From positions 512,001 through 576,000 of the forward strand of contig CAVVLO010000001.1 of assembly GCA_963749155.1 (NCBI GenBank): DNA of 64,000 bases. The letters are read 5' to 3'. Position 1 is the first letter of the stretch. Each line of letters starts with the position of its first letter. The stretch comes from an uncultured Armatimonadia bacterium. GTDB lineage: Bacteria; Armatimonadota; Zipacnadia; CAVVLO01. The translations under genes and the position numbers were made by a program. Under the pieces are notes generated by a model. It was not told where the DNA came from and ran no database searches. It saw only the letters and a list, made by a program, of their open reading frames with translations. This document shows positions 34,517 through 43,218 of the stretch, in pieces.

Positions 34517-34912
34517 ATGGCCAGGAAGCAAGTCAGTCGCGGAGCCAAGAAGAAGACACGCGTGCAGTCGCCACTGGGGCGCGCAGTCATCAAGGCTAGC
34601 TTCAACAACACGATAATTACGATGACAGATACGACAGGTAATGTCATCTCGTGGGCCAGCGGCGGCACCGTAGGATATCAGGGAAGCCGGAAGGGATTCC
34701 CGTTTGCGGCGCAGCTAGCGGCAGAGCAGGCAGCAAAGAAGGCAATGGATGCTGGACTGCGGAAGGTGGATGTCGTGATGCGCGGGCCTGGCCCCGGTCG
34801 CGAGACAGCCTTCAGGACGCTGCAAAGCTCCGGGCTTGAGATCGCGAGCGTGAAGGACGTAGCAAGTATTCCGCACAATGGTTGCCGCCCCAAGAAGCGG
34901 CGTCGCATATAG
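34517..34912 (+). CDS. rpsK: 30S ribosomal protein uS11
   Basis: [22 protein letters not shown]. Confidence 0.98.
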   Translation: MARKQVSRGAKKKTRVQSPLGRAVIKASFNNTIITMTDTTGNVISWASGGTVGYQGSRKGFPFAAQLAAEQAAKKAMDAGLRKVDVVMRGPGPGRETAFRTLQSSGLEIASVKDVASIPHNGCRPKKRRRI

Positions 34913-34929
34913 GGTTGGAGGTGCGCTAG

Positions 34930-35557
34930 ATGGCCAGGTACACTGGGCCAGTCTGCAGGCTGTGCAGGAGAGAAAGCCAGAAGTTGTTCCTTAAGGGGAG
35001 CCGCTGCTTCACCGAGAAGTGCGCTTATGAGCGTCGTCAGACGGCGCCAGGGATGCACGGCGACTGGAAGCGCAAGCCGAGCGAATATGGGATCCGGCTG
35101 CGCGAGAAGCAGAAGCTTCGCCGCGTTTACGGCCTGCTTGAGAAGCCGTTCCGCAACCTTTTTGAGAAAGCAAGCCGCAAGGCGGGCGTAACCGGTGAGA
35201 TATTCCTCGGGATGCTCGAGCGACGGCTGGATAATGTAATATTCAGGCTTGGGTTCGCAAATAGTCGCAACCAGGCCCGTCAGATGGCGCGTCACGGGTT
35301 CTTTACAGTAAATGGTAGCAAGGTCGAACATTCCTTCCTATCAGTTGCGCCCTGGTGATGTTGTCGCTTTGAGCGATCGCGGGAAAAAATCGCCACTGGT
35401 CAGCGGTATCCTGGAAGTCGGCGGTACTGCCGCGGTGCCAGGCTGGCTGGCAGCGGATATGCCGAACCTGCGCGGACAAGTAGTAGAGATGCCCGGCCGC
35501 GCCCAGATAGACGTACAAGTCAACGAGCAGCTCGTCGTTGAGTTCTATTCGAGGTAA
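34930..35557 (+). CDS. rpsD: 30S ribosomal protein uS4 (zinc type), frameshift near 35326
   Basis: [42 protein letters not shown] in the next frame. Confidence 0.96.
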
Positions 35558-35592
35558 GTGAACTGCCCGAGCTTTCAGGAGAGTGGTAGAAG

Positions 35593-36567
35593 TTGGCGGA
35601 AATCGTGCCAGAGATAACCTGGCTGGAAGCTGGAAAGCATCGTGGCAAGTGCGTCGTGGAGCCTCTGGTGAGAGGCTATGGGACTACGCTTGGGAATGCG
35701 CTCAGGCGCATCCTGCTTTCGCAGATAACCGGCGCGGCCATCGCAGCGATGAAGCTGGAAGGCATACAGCATGAATTTGCCACAGCGCCCGGAATGCGCG
35801 AAAGCGCGCTGGAGTTCATGCTCAATGTGAAGAAAGTGGCCTTCCGGGCCAAAGGCACCGGCGAATGGACTTGCAGCGTGTATGCGAGAGGCGAGGGCGA
35901 GGTGCTGGCTGGCGACATTAAGACGCCGCCGGATCTCGAGATCGTGAATCCCGAGTTGCACCTGATGACGCTGACTGCTGAGGAAGCCGTGCTGGACGCC
36001 GAGTTCATCGTGCGGACTGGTAAAGGCTATTGCCCATCGGAAGACCATACGGACTTGCCGAAGAATCAGATAGGGGTAATCCCTGTTGATAGCATTTTCA
36101 GTCCGGTAACCGGGGCCAATGCCATAGTAGAGCCCACCCGAGTAGGGCGCGATACGAACTATGACAGGCTGGTGCTGGATGTCACAACTGATGGCTCCAT
36201 GACGCCAGAAGAGGCAGTAGATGCCGCAGCCAAAGACTTGCTGAAGCATCTGCGTATCTTCCTGACCGTTAGCGGCGCGCCACTTTCAGCGGAAGAAGGC
36301 GGGCTTGGTCTGGGCGATGGGGACGTAACTCGCAGGCGTATCGAGGATATGGGCTTCTCGCAGCGGGCTTTCAACTGCCTGCAGAGAGAGGGTATTGAGA
36401 CTCTTGGCGCGCTAATGCAGAAGAGTGAACCTGATTTGATGGCGATGAAGAACTTCGGCAGGAAGTCGCTCGATGAGGTTATCGAGAAGCTGAACGAACT
36501 GGGACTCAGCCTGAAGAGCGAAGAAGGTCCTGCTGTCGAAGAGGCGCCTGATTACATCGAAGAATGA
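35593..36567 (+). CDS. rpoA: RNA polymerase alpha subunit
   Basis: GYGTTLGNALRRILLS, DSIFSPV, NFGRKSL. Confidence 0.98.
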   Translation: MAEIVPEITWLEAGKHRGKCVVEPLVRGYGTTLGNALRRILLSQITGAAIAAMKLEGIQHEFATAPGMRESALEFMLNVKKVAFRAKGTGEWTCSVYARGEGEVLAGDIKTPPDLEIVNPELHLMTLTAEEAVLDAEFIVRTGKGYCPSEDHTDLPKNQIGVIPVDSIFSPVTGANAIVEPTRVGRDTNYDRLVLDVTTDGSMTPEEAVDAAAKDLLKHLRIFLTVSGAPLSAEEGGLGLGDGDVTRRRIEDMGFSQRAFNCLQREGIETLGALMQKSEPDLMAMKNFGRKSLDEVIEKLNELGLSLKSEEGPAVEEAPDYIEE

Positions 36568-36597
36568 GCTGCGCTAGCGGCCTTGAGGTGATATGCA

Positions 36598-37221
36598 GTG
36601 AGACACAGGGTTAGAACAAATTCGCTTGGCAGGGCTGGGGATCAGCGGGACGCAATGCTGAAGCACCTGGTACGCGGTCTGATAGAGCATGGGAAGGTCG
36701 AGACCACAATACTGCGCGCCAAGCGCGCCCGGCCGATAGCCGAACGCCTTGTCACCTATGGCAAGAGAGCGCAGCTAGCGATGCAGGTCGCGGCGGCAAC
36801 CGAAGCCATGATGCAGTCAGCCAAGGAGAAGAGCGATGCCTCGGCGACCGCCAAACAGGCGGACGCGCTGGCCACTTTGCTCCAGGATGCGGTAGCGGGG
36901 ATGACCGAGGGCACTGCCAAGCGCAACCGGGCCGAGCAGGCCAGGGTATGGGCCGAGGAAGTTTCTGCCAAAGCGAAGGCCGGAGAGCTTGATGAGGCTA
37001 TCGCGCTGATTCGGTTGATTTGGGTCTACGGCAGCGGGACCAATGTTGCGCTGAGGCGGCAGGCTCGGAAGCTGCTTGGCGATGAGAAACTGATCAAGCA
37101 CCTTTTCGAAGAGATGGCGCCCGAGTATATGGATCGCAACGGCGGTTACACACGGATTACGCGCACTGGGCTGAGGCGTGGCGATTCAGCTCAAAAGGCC
37201 GTGCTGGAGTTCGTAGAGTAA
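36598..37221 (+). CDS. rplQ: 50S ribosomal protein bL17 with about 90-aa internal insertion
   Basis: MRHR..LGR, ETT, RNGGYTRI, RRGDSA; 207 aa. Confidence 0.95.
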   Translation: MRHRVRTNSLGRAGDQRDAMLKHLVRGLIEHGKVETTILRAKRARPIAERLVTYGKRAQLAMQVAAATEAMMQSAKEKSDASATAKQADALATLLQDAVAGMTEGTAKRNRAEQARVWAEEVSAKAKAGELDEAIALIRLIWVYGSGTNVALRRQARKLLGDEKLIKHLFEEMAPEYMDRNGGYTRITRTGLRRGDSAQKAVLEFVE

Positions 37222-37228
37222 ACCCGTT

Positions 37229-37960
37229 ATGAAAGTGAAGCTGGTGCTCGAATATGACGGCACCGACTTCCGAGGCTCCCAGCGTCAGAAGGACGCCAGG
37301 ACCGTCCAGCAAACGCTGGAAGAAGCTATAAGCGCTGTTTGGCAATTCGAACCCAGGTTACACCTGGCAGGCAGGACCGACGCAGGAGTGCATGCGCGCG
37401 GTCAGGTGGCCGACTTCGAGCTACCGCTGGAGCTTCCCCCTCGGCGGATCAAGCTGGTGCTGAATCAGCATCTGCCATCCGATTTGAGGGTAAGGAGAGC
37501 GGAGAGAGCAGAGCCAGACTTCCACAGCCGGTTCGATGCGGTGCGGAAGACCTATGGATATTATCTGTGGCTTGCGAGAAGGCTGCCAATAAGCCAGGCC
37601 AGGTATGTCTATCAGCCTGAAGAGGCACCAAATCTCGAGGCGCTGTCACAAGCTTTGAGGCTATTCGAGGGAGAGCATGATTTCCTCGGCTATTCCAGGA
37701 GCGGTTCAGGCGAATCGAGTTCGGTGCGCAGGCTGGAGCGAGTCCGGTTTTTCCCCGTAAGGGGTGGCCTGCTGATTACGCTGACAGGGCCAGGCTTTCT
37801 GAGGAATATGGTCAGGATGCTGGTTGGAGCGGGGCTCGAAGTTGCGATGGGCAAGGCCACTAGCGCAGAGCTTGCGGAAAGGCTGGAGCATCCTGTCAGG
37901 CAAGGTCGCAGAGCCGTGGCACCCGCAAAAGGTTTATGGCTGCTTGGGATTCGATATTGA
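37229..37960 (+). CDS. truA: tRNA pseudouridine(38-40) synthase
   Basis: YDGTDF, AGRTDAGVHA, FLRNMVR, APAKGL. Confidence 0.96.
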   Translation: MKVKLVLEYDGTDFRGSQRQKDARTVQQTLEEAISAVWQFEPRLHLAGRTDAGVHARGQVADFELPLELPPRRIKLVLNQHLPSDLRVRRAERAEPDFHSRFDAVRKTYGYYLWLARRLPISQARYVYQPEEAPNLEALSQALRLFEGEHDFLGYSRSGSGESSSVRRLERVRFFPVRGGLLITLTGPGFLRNMVRMLVGAGLEVAMGKATSAELAERLEHPVRQGRRAVAPAKGLWLLGIRY

Positions 37961-37993
37961 ACCAGGTTATCAGGTTGAGGTTGGAGGCAAGAA

Positions 37994-38434
37994 ATGGTAT
38001 TGCATCAGAGGACTCCGTCAGCGAAAGCTGCTGAGCTTGGAGACAAGTGGCATATAATCAGCGCCAAAGGGCAAACGCTAGGCCGTATGGCCAGCCGTAT
38101 CGCCCTGGTGCTGAGGGGCAAACACAAGGCTACTTTCACTCCGCATGCTAATTGCGGCGATCATGTCGTCGTCATAGACGCAGAGCAGTTGGTAGTTACC
38201 GGCAACAAGCTCGCTGACAAGATTTATTATCGCACCAGCGGGCGGCCAGGTGGTTTGAAAGAGACGACGCTGCAGACGATGATGCAGAAGGATCCAGCTC
38301 GGGTCATCCAGATGGCCGTTAAAGGTATGCTGCCTCACAACCGGCTGGGGCGCGAGATTATTAAAAAGCTTAAGGTCTACGTGGGATCCGAGCATCCGCA
38401 TGAAGCCCAGCAGCCTGAACCCCTGGAGCTGTGA
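37994..38434 (+). CDS. rplM: 50S ribosomal protein uL13
   Basis: LGRMAS, LRGKHK, AVKGMLP, HPHEAQQP. Confidence 0.98.
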   Translation: MVLHQRTPSAKAAELGDKWHIISAKGQTLGRMASRIALVLRGKHKATFTPHANCGDHVVVIDAEQLVVTGNKLADKIYYRTSGRPGGLKETTLQTMMQKDPARVIQMAVKGMLPHNRLGREIIKKLKVYVGSEHPHEAQQPEPLEL

Positions 38435-38445
38435 GGAGAGAAAAC

Positions 38446-38835
38446 ATGGCTGAACTTTTTTATGGAACTGGTAGAAGGAAGACCGCAGTCGCTCGCGTGT
38501 GGGTTGGCGAGGGCGAAGGCGATATGACGATTAACGCCAAGAGTCCGGAAGAATATCTGTGCCGCGATTTGCTGGTCCAGATGGTCAACGCGCCGCTTAA
38601 GGTCGTTGGGATGACTGACCGGATTGTGGTAAAGGCAAGCGTTGCCGGAGGCGGCGTCGCTTGTCAGGCTGGCGCGGTGCGCCACGGGATCGCAAGAGCC
38701 CTGGTTGCCCTTGATCCGGCACTGCGCGTGCCACTGAAGAAGGCAGGCTACCTTACTCGCGACCCGCGCGAGAAGGAACGCAAGCATGCTGGATGCCATC
38801 GCGCCCGGCGTGGAAAGCAGTTCTCCAAGCGCTAA
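38446..38835 (+). CDS. rpsI: 30S ribosomal protein uS9
   Basis: GTGRRKTAVARV, QAGAVRHGIARAL, LTRDPR, QFSKR. Confidence 0.98.
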   Translation: MAELFYGTGRRKTAVARVWVGEGEGDMTINAKSPEEYLCRDLLVQMVNAPLKVVGMTDRIVVKASVAGGGVACQAGAVRHGIARALVALDPALRVPLKKAGYLTRDPREKERKHAGCHRARRGKQFSKR

Positions 38836-38871
38836 TCAGGCAGACGCGCAAGCGTTTGAGGAAGCATACAG

Positions 38872-38910
38872 ACCAGGCGACGGTCCTTTTGGGCCGCCGC
38901 TTGGTTTTTT
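38872..38910 (+). terminator. Intrinsic terminator ending the ribosomal superoperon
   Basis: accaggcgacggtcc/gggccgccgcttggt stem plus T-run. Confidence 0.8.
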
Positions 38911-38926
38911 CATGCAGGTTGTATAA

Positions 38927-39712
38927 TTGATGAATATGAAAGAAGAAGCTTCGCCAAAAGGGCTAAGACGACTGGCGTGGGGGCTGACAATCGCAGCTCT
39001 GGGCATGTGGCTGCTGCTTGCGTTTTCGCTGCCGCTAAGGGCGCCTCATGCCAGTGAAGCCAGATTTGTGGTGGACTCACAAGGCGCGACGACCGAGAGA
39101 CCGGGCAAAGTCGGTGTCGCGGTTGCCAAAAGGCAGATCGTCATCCACGAGAGAGCAACTGACGACTCAGGTGTCATAGGGAAAGCGGCTGAAGGCGAAC
39201 AATTGATGACAGTCTCCACTAGCGCTGGCTGGACGTCGGTAGTGTGGGATGGGCACCTCGCCTGGGCCAGGTCAGAGGAACTGGAAAATACCGGCCTGCA
39301 GCTTGCAGTCGGAGCGCCTTCGACCGCCCAGAGGAAAGCTGCCGAAAGGCTCGTTGCCGAGGCGCATACCTGGCTCGGGACGGAATATGTGTGGGGCGGC
39401 CAGTCGAAGCAAGGCGCGGACTGCAGTGGGTTCATACAAACACTTTTCGCGAAGCACGGAGTAAAACTGCCGCGCACGACAGGGCCTCAGGCAAGAGTGG
39501 GTTTTCCCGTAACCTTGAAGGAACTGGAACCTGGCGACAGGCTCTGCTTCAATTACAGCGACCATGTGGATCATGTAGGGCTGTATATCGGGGGACACAA
39601 ATTCATCCACGCCTTTGGATCAGCGAGGCGAGTGGTCATCTCTTCGCTGCTGGACCCGCGCTTCAGCCACCCCTTTGTCGGGGGAAGGCGCGACTTGCTC
39701 CCATCGGATTAA
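38927..39712 (+). CDS. Exported SH3 + NlpC/P60 peptidoglycan hydrolase
   Basis: Hydrophobic N-terminus, SH3b-like segment, YVWGG, DCSGF, HVGLY, FIHA. Confidence 0.9.
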   Translation: MMNMKEEASPKGLRRLAWGLTIAALGMWLLLAFSLPLRAPHASEARFVVDSQGATTERPGKVGVAVAKRQIVIHERATDDSGVIGKAAEGEQLMTVSTSAGWTSVVWDGHLAWARSEELENTGLQLAVGAPSTAQRKAAERLVAEAHTWLGTEYVWGGQSKQGADCSGFIQTLFAKHGVKLPRTTGPQARVGFPVTLKELEPGDRLCFNYSDHVDHVGLYIGGHKFIHAFGSARRVVISSLLDPRFSHPFVGGRRDLLPSD

Positions 39713-41073
39713 CGGTTGCGCCAGGCGGCGACGGCCGCCTCCCAGACTTCTCTCACTGACACGCCAGCCTCAGCAGCCAGGCGCTTGCAGTCTTCAAACT
39801 CGGGTGCAGCGTGAAGCACTTCCTCCCCGAGCATACCTGCCTTCACCTTTACCTGACCATAGGGCGTTGTAACGTCGTGGAAGATGCGGTCCAGGCAGAC
39901 ACGTTGGACGCGCTGCAGGCGGACGCCCAAGGTCGTAGTGTCGCGCAGCAGCACGTCAATTGCCTCGGTAGTTTTGTCGGGAGAAACCAGGACTGAGAGT
40001 AGAAGCCCCTGGCGTTGCTTCTTCATCATTACAGGGGTGGTGAAGACGTCGCGCGCGCCAAGAGTGAACAGTTTATCGAGGACAGGTTCGAAAAGCTCGG
40101 GATTCATGTTGTCGAGTTCGGTCTCGAGCAAATCAAGTTCGCGCAGTTCCAGGGTGGCAGGCGCTTCATCATCGCCGAGTATCAGGCGCAAGACATTAGC
40201 GGTATCGGGCAGGTCTTTGGTTCCGGCTCCATAGCCAACGCCAGCCACTTTTACTGGCGCCAGTGGGCCGAAGTCTGAAACCAGGGTCGCGATAATCGCT
40301 GCCCCTGTAGGGGTAAGCACTTCAAAAGTGTAATCGGTCTTGCGTAGCGGCAGACCGCGCATCAACAGCAAAGTAGCTGGCGCAGGAAGGGGCATCGGCC
40401 CATGCTGAGTTTTGGCGACGCCGCCAAAAGTGGGCAGAGGACTCGAAGTGAAGCGCTCGATACCCAGGTGCGCGAAGCCGGCCGCGGCCCCCACGATATC
40501 GGCGATAGAATCCCAGGCGCCCACCTCGTGGAAGTGGACCTCTTCAGGCGTTGTGCCGTGGACTTTCGCTTCTACCTCGGCGATACGGTCGAAGATGGCC
40601 AGCGCCAACTGCTGCACGCGCTCTGGAAGAGAGGCGCCAGTGAGCAGCTCGCGGATCACTTTATATGACCGGCCATGGCCTTCGTCTCCGTGGGAGTGGC
40701 CAGCCTCCTCATGAGGGTGCTCGTGAGGGTGCTTATGATTATGGTCATGGCTGTGGTCATGCCCGTGGTCATGGCTGTGGTCATGGCTGTGGTCATGCCC
40801 GTGGTCATGGTCATGGTTATGGGTATGAGTATGACCTTCCTGGTCGTGCGGGTGATGGTGGGGCTCGGGCTCTGAGCCAGGCCAGGAGACGTGGACCGAG
40901 GTCGCACTGATACCATGCTTCACAACTTTTTCGGCTGAGAGCTTCAACTCCTCCAGGCCCATAAGGTGGAGGGGCTCGGTCAGGACTTCAAGCGGGACGC
41001 CCAGGTCAACCAGGGCGCCCAGTATCATATCGCCACTTGCGCCGGCGAAACAATCGAAATGAAGAGTCTTCAT
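39709..41073 (-). CDS. larC: Nickel pincer cofactor nickel-insertion protein LarC
   Basis: DCFAGASGDMILGAL, His-rich linker, VHFHEVGAWDSIADI, PAPAT, TPTGAA, PEFED. Confidence 0.95.
   Translation of the reverse strand: MKTLHFDCFAGASGDMILGALVDLGVPLEVLTEPLHLMGLEELKLSAEKVVKHGISATSVHVSWPGSEPEPHHHPHDQEGHTHTHNHDHDHGHDHSHDHSHDHGHDHSHDHNHKHPHEHPHEEAGHSHGDEGHGRSYKVIRELLTGASLPERVQQLALAIFDRIAEVEAKVHGTTPEEVHFHEVGAWDSIADIVGAAAGFAHLGIERFTSSPLPTFGGVAKTQHGPMPLPAPATLLLMRGLPLRKTDYTFEVLTPTGAAIIATLVSDFGPLAPVKVAGVGYGAGTKDLPDTANVLRLILGDDEAPATLELRELDLLETELDNMNPELFEPVLDKLFTLGARDVFTTPVMMKKQRQGLLLSVLVSPDKTTEAIDVLLRDTTTLGVRLQRVQRVCLDRIFHDVTTPYGQVKVKAGMLGEEVLHAAPEFEDCKRLAAEAGVSVREVWEAAVAAWRNR
40700..40860 (-). repeat. 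Short tandem repeats encoding the (HD/HS/HG)n His-rich linker of LarC
   Basis: Repeated gtggtcatggct-type 12-mers. Confidence 0.85.
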
Positions 41074-41093
41074 CCAGTCCTCCAGAAAAACCT

Positions 41094-41855
41094 TCAGGCC
41101 TTGTCAATTAGCGAGGCAAAATAGCCCGCCCCGAAACCATTGTCGATGTTGAAAACGGATATCCCAGTCGCACAAGAATTGAGCATCGCGAGCAGTGCGG
41201 CGAGTCCACCGAAGCTGGCGCCATAACCTACGCTGGTTGGCACTGCGAGCACTGGGACTGAGACGATGCCACCCAGGACACTTGGCAGCGCGCCTTCCAT
41301 TCCCGCCACGGCGATAAGGACCGAGGCGCCAGTAAGGACCTCAATATGACTTATCAGTCGATGGATGCCCGCAACCCCGACATCATAAATACGCTCTACC
41401 CGGTGACCGGTAAGCTCTGCGGTGACAGCGGCTTCTTCTGCAACCGGGATATCGGTCGTTCCACCGGTACACACGGCGATGTAACTCGTTCGCGCAGAAA
41501 CATCAGGCCAGGTTTCTCCCTCTGGGAAAGCGACCAGGATGCGCGCCTCCTGGCGATATTCGGCGCCTGGCACCTGGGCCTGAATCTGCTCTGCCATTTC
41601 AGAACTGACGCGCGTCGCCATCGCAACGCTGCCGTGGGTGACCATCCGCTGCATCAATATTGCGACTTGCTCCGGGGTCTTGCTCTGGGCAAAGATGACC
41701 TCGGGGAAGCCCCTGCGCAGATGACGGTGATGGTCGAGTTTGGCGAAACCAAGCTCTTCATACGGCACCTTGCGTAGTTTTTCGAGCGCCTCTTCAGAGG
41801 ACAAGGCGCCAGACTTTACGGCCTCGAGCAGGGCTCTTAGTTTCTCCTCCTGCAT
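41094..41855 (-). CDS. larB: Nickel pincer cofactor biosynthesis protein LarB
   Basis: DHHR..GFPEVIF, DVGVAGIHRL, AGMEGALPS, PTSVGYG, NIDNGFGA. Confidence 0.95.
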   Translation of the reverse strand: MQEEKLRALLEAVKSGALSSEEALEKLRKVPYEELGFAKLDHHRHLRRGFPEVIFAQSKTPEQVAILMQRMVTHGSVAMATRVSSEMAEQIQAQVPGAEYRQEARILVAFPEGETWPDVSARTSYIAVCTGGTTDIPVAEEAAVTAELTGHRVERIYDVGVAGIHRLISHIEVLTGASVLIAVAGMEGALPSVLGGIVSVPVLAVPTSVGYGASFGGLAALLAMLNSCATGISVFNIDNGFGAGYFASLIDKA

Positions 41856-41972
41856 TGGCGACTCCTTTGGTCGAAGTATTTGGTTGTTCCAGGTAGTCTA
41901 TTGAAGCCGGGCCAGATTATCAACTGCAACAGGAAAAGGAGGGCCAAGTCAGGAAAAAGCTTGCGCAGGGCC

Positions 41973-42001
41973 TTGAGGGGAGCGCGCGTCAGTGTTATAA
42001 T
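41973..42001 (+). promoter_or_regulatory. Promoter of the tRNA cluster
   Basis: TTGAGG-17 nt-TATAAT, extended -10 TG, GC-rich discriminator. Confidence 0.75.
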
Positions 42002-42010
42002 CGCTCGCGC

Positions 42011-42106
42011 GGAGAGATGGCTGAGTACGGTCGAAAGCGATCCCCTGCTAAGGGATTACGGGGGCTAAAACCTCCGTCGTGGGTTCAAATCCCACTCTCT
42101 CCGCCA
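42011..42106 (+). tRNA. tRNA-Ser(GCT)
   Basis: GGAGAGA acceptor arm, anticodon arm atccc-ctGCTaa-gggat, long variable arm, GGTTCAAATCC, CCA. Confidence 0.96.
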
Positions 42107-42114
42107 GATAACGC

Positions 42115-42191
42115 GCGCCCATAGCTCAGCTGGATAGAGCGGATGACTACGGATCATCAGGCCAGGGGTTCAAATCCTCTTGGGCGCGCCA
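42115..42191 (+). tRNA. tRNA-Arg(ACG)
   Basis: GCGCCCA/TGGGCGC, gatga-ctACGga-tcatc, GGTTCAAATCC, CCA. Confidence 0.97.
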
Positions 42192-42207
42192 CTTTCCCCT
42201 CCACCAA

Positions 42208-42283
42208 GGCCCCGTAGCTCAGGGGATAGAGCAGCACCCTCCTAAGGTGCGTGTCGCAGGTTCGAGTCCTGTCGGGGCCTCCA
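42208..42283 (+). tRNA. tRNA-Arg(CCT)
   Basis: GGCCCCG/CGGGGCC, gcacc-ctCCTaa-ggtgc, GGTTCGAGTCC, CCA. Confidence 0.96.
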
Positions 42284-42287
42284 CCAG

Positions 42288-43190
42288 TTAGTCCTGTTCA
42301 GTTTCGCTTCCCACCCAGTTTACTCGCGGTGTCGCCTTGCGCACAGCGCGGCGCGGGGAGTGCTTTTCATAGCCCACCAAAAGGCAGACAGCGGTCTTGT
42401 GACCTGCAGGGATGCCGACCGCCTTCCGTAGCGAACTGTCCTGGTTGAAGGCAGGGGGGATAAGCCCCACAAAGAGCGTCCCAAGTCCATGCGCGTGCGC
42501 CTGGAGCATAGCCTGGGTAGCGGCAATCCAGCAGTTGGCCTCCCAGGCAACCAGGTTGTCGGGCGCATGAAAGAGCAGCAGGGCAGGCGCTCCCCAGGCA
42601 ACCATATCTTGCTGGCGCTTGTCCCAGGCCTCGAGCATTGGGGCGATGAAGGGCACGAGGCGCTTTTTCATTTCAGCGGATTGCTTGCCGACCATCAGGC
42701 GAGTCAGAGGCGCCGCCAGGGGATTCTTGAACAGCTTCACCATCAGGCCAAGCAGCTTGTAGAAAGCTGGCAGCAACTTCTCGACTTCGGCGCGCGTGGG
42801 AATTACGGTTATCCCCATTGGGAAGGGCGGCATTCCGACTGGCGCCAGATAGGCCGCCTCACAGACAGATTCGAGTATTTCGCGCGGGACGGGCTTTGCG
42901 CTGTAAGTGCGACAGGAACGCCGGCGCAGCAGCAGCGCCTTTAGTGCCTCGGGAGCGCAGGAAGGGGTTTCAACTTCTTCCAGCGAGCTTGCTGGCAGTC
43001 CCTCGAGAGTGAGCGCGTTCACCGGACAGACCGCAAGGCACCAGCCGCAGTGGAAACAATTTTCGGAGGCCTTGTCAGTGAAGCGGGCGACCGGCTTGCC
43101 GTTCTCTTCGACCAATTCGAGGGCTTCAAAGACGCACATCCTGACGCAGGCGCCGCATCCAAGGCAGGCATCACTTATCGACCAGGACAT
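42288..43190 (-). CDS. Nitroreductase family protein with N-terminal 2x[4Fe-4S] ferredoxin domain
   Basis: CLGCGACVRMC, CFHCGWCLAVCP, RRSCRTY, AHAHGLGT; RBS before ATG 43190. Confidence 0.9.
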   Translation of the reverse strand: MSWSISDACLGCGACVRMCVFEALELVEENGKPVARFTDKASENCFHCGWCLAVCPVNALTLEGLPASSLEEVETPSCAPEALKALLLRRRSCRTYSAKPVPREILESVCEAAYLAPVGMPPFPMGITVIPTRAEVEKLLPAFYKLLGLMVKLFKNPLAAPLTRLMVGKQSAEMKKRLVPFIAPMLEAWDKRQQDMVAWGAPALLLFHAPDNLVAWEANCWIAATQAMLQAHAHGLGTLFVGLIPPAFNQDSSLRKAVGIPAGHKTAVCLLVGYEKHSPRRAVRKATPRVNWVGSETEQD

Positions 43191-43218
43191 AATTCTCTCC
43201 TTTGGCGAAGGCTTCTCT

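Noticed and set aside
40700..40860. His-rich repeat as a novelty
   Set aside because: A His-rich linker is an expected LarC feature
42011..43190. Integrated element at the tRNA cluster
   Set aside because: No integrase, no duplicated tRNA 3' end noticed, and ordinary flanking genes
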